This document shows positions 8,832 to 15,031 of a DNA stretch of 29,016 nt, piece after piece (position 1 is the stretch's first letter; each line of letters begins with the position of its first letter). Under the pieces are notes generated by a model that was not told the origin of the DNA, ran no database searches, and saw only the letters and a list, made by a program, of their open reading frames with translations. Made by a program: the position numbers and the translations under genes. The DNA is from a virus (lineage: Duplodnaviria; Caudoviricetes), in IMG/VR virus record IMGVR_UViG_3300033485_000064, positions 1-29,016 of that record; one strand, given 5' to 3'.

Positions 8832-9175
8832 TTACTGCATCTTTTTATATACATTTCAAATCCAAACAATGAGAATCTATACTCTTTATTAATGGACTTT
8901 AACGATTTACGCATATCTTCATTAACTCCACTATTACACCCATGGCAATATAATGTTACATTTTTCCAAGTATGATTCCCCCCTTTTGATAGTGGTTTAA
9001 TATGCTCTATTGTCGCACTATGTTTTTGTTGTGGGTGTAACCCTTTAGAGGTAATAATGCCACATTTTTGACACTTTCCATTAAATCTTATATAAACAGC
9101 CATTAGGTTAATAGAGTGGTCTACTTTATTAACATTATGCTTTTTACATCGTCTTAAAAAATTAGGGTTTAGCAT
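8828..9175 (-). CDS. HNH endonuclease
   Basis: CQKC...TIEHIKPLSKGGNHTWKNV.L.CHGCN. Confidence 0.9.
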   Translation of the reverse strand: MLNPNFLRRCKKHNVNKVDHSINLMAVYIRFNGKCQKCGIITSKGLHPQQKHSATIEHIKPLSKGGNHTWKNVTLYCHGCNSGVNEDMRKSLKSINKEYRFSLFGFEMYIKRCSK

Positions 9176-9285
9176 TTTCGCTCGAGTTTAGTTTCTTTAA
9201 TAGATTTAATCAATCCAACTGAGCTACGCCCAGTCATAAATACCATGATATAGCTAATTGTTAGTATGATATGGTATTCACTCAT
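9169..9285 (-). CDS. Small membrane peptide, 38 aa (MSEYHIILTISYIMVFMTG...)
   Basis: Manual translation; TAATG coupling; one hydrophobic segment. Confidence 0.55.
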   Translation of the reverse strand: MSEYHIILTISYIMVFMTGRSSVGLIKSIKETKLERKC

Positions 9286-9470
9286 TACCACAACCTTTCA
9301 AGGCATAAACCTTTTGCAATTTTACTTTCAAGAATACAATGATCTTTTCCTATAATTTGTATAGCTTCATTATATTGGTCAATTTCAATATCATAATCAA
9401 CAAGAACAATAAATTGCACTACATTAAAAAATAGCGAAATAACTAAAGCAACTAATAAAAGTTCTTTCAT
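9285..9470 (-). CDS. Small membrane protein
   Basis: N-terminal TM segment (LLLVALVISLFFNVVQFIVLV). Confidence 0.7.
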   Translation of the reverse strand: MKELLLVALVISLFFNVVQFIVLVDYDIEIDQYNEAIQIIGKDHCILESKIAKGLCLERLW

Positions 9471-9471
9471 C

Positions 9472-9549
9472 CTAAACCCTTTTAATTAAAAAACGAATAC
9501 GTGTTATCCATAAATATACCCATAAATATAATCTCCAGTAGTAATTCAT
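9472..9549 (-). CDS. Small aromatic/basic peptide, 25 aa (MNYYWRLYLWVYLWITRIRFLIKRV)
   Basis: Manual translation; ATGA overlap with the upstream ORF; fills the gap. Confidence 0.5.
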   Translation of the reverse strand: MNYYWRLYLWVYLWITRIRFLIKRV

Positions 9550-9632
9550 CTTTCACCATCCAAGTATGTATAAATATAAATCAAAGCTATGACTACGATC
9601 ACCGCACCTGCTATTGTGTTGTCTATGTTCAT
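9546..9632 (-). CDS. Small membrane peptide, 28 aa (MNIDNTIAGAVIVVIALIYIYTYLDGER)
   Basis: Manual translation; AAGG RBS; one TM segment. Confidence 0.6.
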   Translation of the reverse strand: MNIDNTIAGAVIVVIALIYIYTYLDGER

Positions 9633-9633
9633 G

Positions 9634-9885
9634 TTATGCCTTTACATCTAATTTATAGACTGCCTTGCTTTCAAGTTCGCTTATCATGTGTTCAGCTTTT
9701 AAAGACTCAATTTTGATAGCGAAACGCTGATTTTGTAATTCAAGCTCACGTATTTTTGACTGCATGACTCTTTCAGTATTTACCGATTCTGTGATTCTTT
9801 TTTGAAGCCATTTAGCATTTACTAGAATTTGTTCGCTGTCTTTGAAATAGTCGCATAAGAACTGCGATAATGATTTTGTTTTCAT
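9634..9885 (-). CDS. Hypothetical coiled-coil protein
   Basis: ORF track entry; ATG at 9885 with AAGGA RBS. Confidence 0.65.
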   Translation of the reverse strand: MKTKSLSQFLCDYFKDSEQILVNAKWLQKRITESVNTERVMQSKIRELELQNQRFAIKIESLKAEHMISELESKAVYKLDVKA

Positions 9886-9947
9886 CAAAAAATCCTTTCC
9901 GCTATTTCAGCAAACCAATTTTCAAGCTGTTGTAGTTTTTGTTTCAT
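9885..9947 (-). CDS. Short peptide, 20 aa (MKQKLQQLENWFAEIAERIF)
   Basis: Manual translation; AGGAG RBS; overlaps both neighbours. Confidence 0.5.
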   Translation of the reverse strand: MKQKLQQLENWFAEIAERIF

Positions 9948-10162
9948 AGCTGCTCTCCTAAATCTTCAAGCAAAATAGCTTTCAACTCATTACGGTTGAT
10001 ATTGCTATGTTTAGCTATTTTATTAAAAGCCGTTACGATTAGATCAACATAATCATCCATCGAGTCACGAAATTCTTTAATTTCATACTCTGCTTGTTTT
10101 TCGTTTTGTTCCATCTGCTTTTCATAGCGATTTAACGCTTCAGTATTCGCACATCTTTCCAT
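9944..10162 (-). CDS. Hypothetical protein, first ORF after the ncRNA cassette
   Basis: 72-aa ORF with strong SD AGGAGG. Confidence 0.75.
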   Translation of the reverse strand: MERCANTEALNRYEKQMEQNEKQAEYEIKEFRDSMDDYVDLIVTAFNKIAKHSNINRNELKAILLEDLGEQL

Positions 10163-10254
10163 CTCATCCTCCTATATTTTAGGGCTTTAAAACCCTTAAT
10201 ACAGTCAAGTTTATGTCATCTTGTTTGAATGGCTTGACTGTATTAAAAGCTTTA

Positions 10255-10357
10255 TGGTTGGGGGGATGGATTCGCACCACCATAATAGATATTCAAGTAC
10301 AATTATTCTCTATCATCCGCACTACACGGCTAGGCAATCTATAAACCTTTACACCCC
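10255..10357 (-). ncRNA. tRNA/tmRNA-like element ending in ACCA
   Basis: 5' GGGGUGUAAAGGUUU, inner stem AUAGAU/AUCUAU, T-arm GGUGG-UGCGAAU-CCAUC, 3' CCCCCAACCA. Confidence 0.5.
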
Positions 10358-10546
10358 GATATTTTATGACCTGCACCAACTAGCTAGGTTCGCCCCCGAT
10401 TACTCAGTGGTACGGTGCAGGAACTTTTTAGCTATGTTGTCTGAGCGCTTATCCTCGTTTAGTTTCCAAATATAGACTGCCATATCTTTCGACTTAGGAC
10501 TGCCTTGTACGTCTCAGGCATGGGCTTTCACCATCGTATTACTATC

Positions 10547-10612
10547 GCCTACGTCGGAGTCGAACCGCTCGGCTACCATTTCTGATAGTATGCAACCGTT
10601 ACATTTTAAGGC
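10547..10612 (-). ncRNA. Pseudo-tRNA / tRNA-like element
   Basis: Acceptor GCCU/AGGC, D-arm AUGUAACGGUUGCAU, arm CUAUCA-GAAA-UGGUAG, T-arm CGG-UUCGACU-CCG. No canonical 7-nt anticodon loop. Confidence 0.6.
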
Positions 10613-10807
10613 ATAATTAAAAGCTCTTTGAGTTGATATATACTAACTGCCGTCATGCACTTAGGACTTACTGACCGTTGCATATACCAACTTCAAAAGC
10701 TTTTTACTCAACAATTTAAATTCAAATAACTGCAAGATACCGCACACTCCACCTACTCGTGCCGATGAACTTTTTATTGATTCAGGTGATCTGTATCTTG
10801 TAGAACA

Positions 10808-10837
10808 ATTATAGACTAACTAAGCTTAATTAAGTAT
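10808..10837 (-). promoter_or_regulatory. Early promoter P2: ATACTTAATTAAGCT-N9-TATAAT
   Basis: Same 15-mer as P1 and P3; -10 at 10813-10808; predicted +1 near 10801 at the base of the first RNA stem. Confidence 0.8.
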
Positions 10838-10857
10838 AAAAGTGTTTTATTCTTTTG

Positions 10858-11184
10858 TTAATGACATTTAGCCATTAATCTATCCCACTCGTCATTGATA
10901 TATCCGAACTCTACCCCGCTACTTGTGGCTATCATTTCAATCCATGAGATATGATCGCTCATTTGTTTGCTATCTAATTTTGTGTAGCTTAATGGCTCTT
11001 GTCGCTCATCTCTTGGATATTTTAAATCAAGATATTTCAATAGATTACGGATAGACTCACTATGCACCGATGAAGTGCGAAATTTAAACTTTGGCTCTTG
11101 AAATTCAAGAACCACCCCTTCTTTTTTCAATTCAGGCAAAACGCACCCGAATATGAACTTTTGGAAGTTTTGGGATATTAGCAT
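10858..11184 (-). CDS. NinB/Orf-like recombination accessory protein (tentative; start 11184 or 11208)
   Basis: C-terminal SYTKLDSKQMSDHISWIE...GV resembles the NinB C-terminus; lies in the recombination module. Confidence 0.5.
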   Translation of the reverse strand: MLISQNFQKFIFGCVLPELKKEGVVLEFQEPKFKFRTSSVHSESIRNLLKYLDLKYPRDERQEPLSYTKLDSKQMSDHISWIEMIATSSGVEFGYINDEWDRLMAKCH

Positions 11185-11185
11185 T

Positions 11186-11698
11186 TTAAAAACATAACTC
11201 ATCAACAATTTTTACTTTTTTCTTATTTAAGCGTATTGACGGCTCGTTATGCGTGACTTCTAATCGTGCACCTTTGACTTCTACGCCTTCGTTGATCGCT
11301 TGTTTAATCAGCGTTGTATCGGCAACTAACTTGCAATATGAAACGTCTATTGCTTTTTCATCGTCTATGATTACCTTTTGTGTTGGTGCTTTTTCCAAAA
11401 TCATTATTGAGCTTATTAAATCACCTTCCAACTTTTCTACACCGTTTTCTAAAAGCCATTTTGAAACTTCGATTTTAACGATTTCTTCTTGTGCTTCACA
11501 GCGTTTTTTAATCTCTTGAAGTTCTTTAATTGTTTGGCTTATGCGCTCTTTTGTGCTTTGTATATTATCAAGTGATCGCCCGATATAGTCACAAGTTGCG
11601 TTACTTCCGACTACCTCAGCCTTTCGGTTTAGTATGTTTATAATTTCGCCTTGTTCGCACTCTTCTAAAGCGCAAACGTATGTTTTTTGTAAGCTCAT
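11186..11698 (-). CDS. Siphovirus Gp157-like protein
   Basis: Coiled-coil N-terminus; C-terminal VIIDDEKAI...D...IKQAI.EG.EV.GARL...SIR; next to ERF. Confidence 0.75.
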   Translation of the reverse strand: MSLQKTYVCALEECEQGEIINILNRKAEVVGSNATCDYIGRSLDNIQSTKERISQTIKELQEIKKRCEAQEEIVKIEVSKWLLENGVEKLEGDLISSIMILEKAPTQKVIIDDEKAIDVSYCKLVADTTLIKQAINEGVEVKGARLEVTHNEPSIRLNKKKVKIVDELCF

Positions 11699-12315
11699 CC
11701 TAGCACCTTCTCCGCAAGCTTCTTGCCTAATAACTCCATTGCTTGATCGTAATGTGCCGCATAAATCTCAGGCAATGCCCCTACTTTAAACAATGAGCAA
11801 AACTTTTCAATGTCCGCGCCGCTATCATTGACTAATATTTGAAGCTCTTTTAATTGTAGTGGGCTAACTCTGTCACTTTGTGACTCTTGTTTTTTATGTT
11901 GTTGCTTTGGTTCAGGCTTTGCTTGTTCACCACTTGCGTCAATATCTTCATCTACTGCGATACCTACAATAGCACTTAATCCGTAACGCTTCAAGTATGT
12001 AATAGCTGACCCTGCAACTTGGTAATTATTCATTTTTGCAAGTGTTACAAGTGGCATGGTAAACGTATCTTCTACCCACTCACCGCTTTTATGGATAAGC
12101 CGTGTTGTTACCCCGATATAATCTCCGTTGCTTGTTGAGGTTTGAATAAACCCTAACCCTTGCGCTGATAATAAAGGGCGTATGTGTTGCACTATACTAT
12201 CGAATGACGCATATTTATAGCCATAGCCTTCTTTATCTTTGCCTACATCGGTAAGAGTAGATTGCATTTCGATTTGTGCTTGGAATATTGCCTCGACTGT
12301 GCTGCTTGTTTTCAT
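11695..12315 (-). CDS. erf: ERF family single-strand annealing protein
   Basis: YKYA..D.I, TTRLIHKSGEW, Q..GSAITY.KRYGLSA.VGI..DED.D. Confidence 0.93.
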   Translation of the reverse strand: MKTSSTVEAIFQAQIEMQSTLTDVGKDKEGYGYKYASFDSIVQHIRPLLSAQGLGFIQTSTSNGDYIGVTTRLIHKSGEWVEDTFTMPLVTLAKMNNYQVAGSAITYLKRYGLSAIVGIAVDEDIDASGEQAKPEPKQQHKKQESQSDRVSPLQLKELQILVNDSGADIEKFCSLFKVGALPEIYAAHYDQAMELLGKKLAEKVLG

Positions 12316-12380
12316 TGTCCGTCCTTCTTAGTTCTATAATTGTTTGGCTCTTCGCCCGTCTTTGCTTCTTCGTAAGTCAT
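12312..12380 (-). CDS. 22-aa leader ORF (MTYEEAKTGEEPNNYRTKKDGQ) coupled to erf
   Basis: Very strong SD GGAGGTGA directly after promoter P3; its TGA overlaps the erf ATG (ATGA). Confidence 0.65.
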   Translation of the reverse strand: MTYEEAKTGEEPNNYRTKKDGQ

Positions 12381-12406
12381 CTTCTTCACCTCCATTGGTA
12401 TTTAAA

Positions 12407-12436
12407 ATAGTAACATTGTTTAGCTTAATTAAGTAT
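12407..12436 (-). promoter_or_regulatory. Early promoter P3: ATACTTAATTAAGCT-N9-TACTAT
   Basis: Same 15-mer as P1 and P2; extended -10 TGtTACTAT. Confidence 0.75.
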
Positions 12437-12451
12437 AAAGTGTGTTATGTT

Positions 12452-13189
12452 TTAGAACAAACTCCCCTGTACCGCTTCTAAGCGTTTGTTTGCTATCCTG
12501 CAAAACTCTTTATCTATTTCAGTTCCTATAAAATCAAGTCCTAAAGATTTTGCAACGATTCCAACCGTACCACTTCCCATAAATGGATCATATACACGGT
12601 CTCCTTTTTTAGTGCTATTTTGTATCAATGTCTCAACGTACTTAATGGGCTTTTGAGAAATATGATATTTATCACTTGTAGGCATAGTAACATTGAATGC
12701 GGATGGTATTCCAAAATCATTAAGCCCCTTACTCCCACCTTTACGTGCGAAAATAGTAAACTCGCAGTTTTTCATGTAGTGCTGATTAGTAACCATATTA
12801 TTTTTAATCATTACTAAAATGTTATTGATTATGAATCCAACTCTACGCATTTCAATCTCAATATTTGATAAGTGAGCTGAATTGCACATGATATAAATAT
12901 GCCCAGTATCGTCTAGTATTCTAAATAAATCACCCATATAATCTTTTTCTGTAATATCGTTGTGAGTAAATAATTTACCACTATTGAAAGATTCTAAATG
13001 TTGTTTTTCTTTCCAACCAAAACCACTTTTTGTTTCACTGTTCCCACCACCACTATTAATAATATAAGGTACATCGGAAAAAATACATTGAAAATAATTA
13101 TCAGGCACTTGCTTCATAAACTCTAAGCAGTCCTCATTGTGTATCTTTCCCATTTTTTCGTTCATTTGTTCATGCGTTAGCTTATTCAT
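12452..13189 (-). CDS. Orphan N6/N4 DNA methyltransferase (beta class)
   Basis: IHNEDCLEFMK, motif IV SDVPY, H..QKP, motif I DPFMGSGT. Confidence 0.9.
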   Translation of the reverse strand: MNKLTHEQMNEKMGKIHNEDCLEFMKQVPDNYFQCIFSDVPYIINSGGGNSETKSGFGWKEKQHLESFNSGKLFTHNDITEKDYMGDLFRILDDTGHIYIMCNSAHLSNIEIEMRRVGFIINNILVMIKNNMVTNQHYMKNCEFTIFARKGGSKGLNDFGIPSAFNVTMPTSDKYHISQKPIKYVETLIQNSTKKGDRVYDPFMGSGTVGIVAKSLGLDFIGTEIDKEFCRIANKRLEAVQGSLF

Positions 13190-13779
13190 CTCACAACCTT
13201 CTCTTTAGATAATTCAGCAATAGAACTCAATACAGCCACGCTATCGCTTTTATTTTCAATATCCATAGTCTGAGTCACTTTCTGAATAAAGATTGCTTCT
13301 AGGCGGTTACAGAGCATATCTATACCCGAAACAGCACGTTGCAACTCTATGCAATGTAGTGGAGTGCCGATTGTACTTAATGCCAAAATTTCTTTAGGGC
13401 TAAAAAAGTTTACCTCTGCATCGTCTATACTTTTAATATGCTCCCACTTTAGCGATTGTTTATGAGGGTGTGACAATACCATCACATCAAACTGTTTTAC
13501 CTTCTGCGCCAAGCGTTCTGCCAAACTTCCCATTTGTTCAATACGTGATCGGTTCATCGTTTCCGCTTCAATAGCCTTATACCGCTTCGTGAGTGTGAGA
13601 AACTTTTGATAAGCCGTTAAAAACTTAATATCATTAAGGTTAAATCCGTTTTTTAGATATCGGACATATTCAGCGTGGTTTTGTATTTCGACTATGTCGT
13701 TCTCCATATCCATGATGGCAATAGTGCTTTTCATTTCTAGCCCAAAGATTTGAGCTATGTAGTCTATTAGGTCTTTCAT
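13186..13779 (-). CDS. Hypothetical protein in the replication module
   Basis: 197-aa ORF with ATGA overlaps. Confidence 0.7.
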   Translation of the reverse strand: MKDLIDYIAQIFGLEMKSTIAIMDMENDIVEIQNHAEYVRYLKNGFNLNDIKFLTAYQKFLTLTKRYKAIEAETMNRSRIEQMGSLAERLAQKVKQFDVMVLSHPHKQSLKWEHIKSIDDAEVNFFSPKEILALSTIGTPLHCIELQRAVSGIDMLCNRLEAIFIQKVTQTMDIENKSDSVAVLSSIAELSKEKVVR

Positions 13780-14126
13780 TTTAAAAGCTCATAATTAGAG
13801 TAAATGTTACCGATAACTTCAACTGAAACATCAATTATAATATCGCAGTCAAGTTGTCTTTGTTTATGTGAATTTTCATATCTTCCTCTCATTTCAAAAC
13901 AGCATCTATCTTCATTCCATAAAACTTCTAAAATATCATTAAGTGAGTTTTTAATAATATCCCCCTCATAAATCTCAACACCGTTTTTGTCTTTTAGTCC
14001 AGTGTATTGCATAACAACATAATCATCATAAATATTTAGCTCATCATCTTTTAAAAATGTTGCGTATTCTGTTAAAACCATTCCTTTTGATTTTTTGCTA
14101 AATGCTCTAAATTTAATCTCTCTCAT
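13776..14126 (-). CDS. YopX family protein (copy 2)
   Basis: MREIKFRA, MQYTGLKDKNGVEIYEGDI, EVIGNIY.N.ELL. Confidence 0.9.
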   Translation of the reverse strand: MREIKFRAFSKKSKGMVLTEYATFLKDDELNIYDDYVVMQYTGLKDKNGVEIYEGDIIKNSLNDILEVLWNEDRCCFEMRGRYENSHKQRQLDCDIIIDVSVEVIGNIYSNYELLK

Positions 14127-14920
14127 GCTATTTCTCCTTCAATCACATTTTGATTTCCAGCTTGTTGTCGCTTCATCTCTTGGACACGCTCGTAAGTTTC
14201 CATTGTTATATCCATTTTGCTTTTATGTGGCTCATACTTCTTTCCAGTACGCAAAGCGAATAGCCCTGCATATCCTCCAGCGATTGAAGCGTTTATAACT
14301 TCGGTTGTGTCCATGCCTAAACGGTTGAAATCTTCAAGCTGTTTAAATTGTTTTTTAATTGTCGTAGGTGTGAGAGGCTTTTTAATCTCTTTACGGTGTT
14401 GTACCCATTCATTCCATACGTCAGAAGAAATACAAGAAGGCAAAAATTGTGTTTCATTCGCCTTATTATTATACTTACCTTTACTAACCTCTCCTATACT
14501 ATCCTCTACTATACTACGCTGTCCCATGGACGTCCCATTGTCGTCCCGTGTATTTTCATCATGTTTTCGGTCTGCTCTATCACGTTTTTCAATTAGATTT
14601 ATATCGGGTAAAAGTTGCAACAATAGGTTCTTGTAAATGCTGTCTACCTTGCGATCTGAGCGTATTAAGTTATGTTCTTTCCAATCCGTAATGTGAGATA
14701 CTAAATCATCATTTAGCACCGTTACAAAGCCCTTAGCAACGAGAATTTTTAAGCTATCCTCTGATACTCCAAGTAACCGCATTACAGAAAATGCCTCTAC
14801 TATTCCGTCATCATCAGCACGTATACCTAAATGAAAATAAAATGACTGTGTTTCCAGTGGCATTTTAATAAATCTTGCACTATCAATTATCTTTTTTGCA
14901 AACATACGTCTTTCAGCCAT
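14123..14920 (-). CDS. Phage replication initiator / replisome organizer
   Basis: N-terminal MAERRMFAKKIIDS.RF..MP...Q..YFHL...ADDDG; C-terminal W.EW..HRKEIKKPLT...I..SI..GY.GLF domain. Confidence 0.85.
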   Translation of the reverse strand: MAERRMFAKKIIDSARFIKMPLETQSFYFHLGIRADDDGIVEAFSVMRLLGVSEDSLKILVAKGFVTVLNDDLVSHITDWKEHNLIRSDRKVDSIYKNLLLQLLPDINLIEKRDRADRKHDENTRDDNGTSMGQRSIVEDSIGEVSKGKYNNKANETQFLPSCISSDVWNEWVQHRKEIKKPLTPTTIKKQFKQLEDFNRLGMDTTEVINASIAGGYAGLFALRTGKKYEPHKSKMDITMETYERVQEMKRQQAGNQNVIEGEIA

Positions 14921-14922
14921 TA

Positions 14923-15021
14923 TTAACCCTTTTTTACATTAATTAAAATATGCAACGGTATCGTTACGAAAAGTGCTGGTAAAAAGAAAATAACTGCAAT
15001 AATATGTAATATCCACATCAT
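14923..15021 (-). CDS. 32-aa hydrophobic peptide, copy A (MMWILHIIAVIFFLPALFVTIPLHILINVKKG)
   Basis: Manual translation; AAGGAG RBS; paralogue at 16763-16861. Confidence 0.8.
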   Translation of the reverse strand: MMWILHIIAVIFFLPALFVTIPLHILINVKKG

Positions 15022-15031
15022 AGTAAGCTCC

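Larger units (their letters stand above)
10181..10803 (-). ncRNA. Cassette of about 7 consecutive structured RNA elements
   Basis: No credible ORF. Back-to-back inverted repeats whose G-U pairs favour the minus strand, GNRA loops, an 11-nt tetraloop receptor and two tRNA-like units. Begins right after promoter P2. Confidence 0.75.

Noticed and set aside
10430-10670. Group I intron or hammerhead ribozyme in the RNA cassette
   Set aside because: The tetraloop receptor resembles group I P6, but I found no P7 R/S elements or interrupted gene, and no CUGANGA/GAAA hammerhead core.
10181-10803. CRISPR or other repeat-spacer array
   Set aside because: No regularly spaced direct repeats; only short motifs (GTCCTAAGT, AAAGCTTTT) occur twice.
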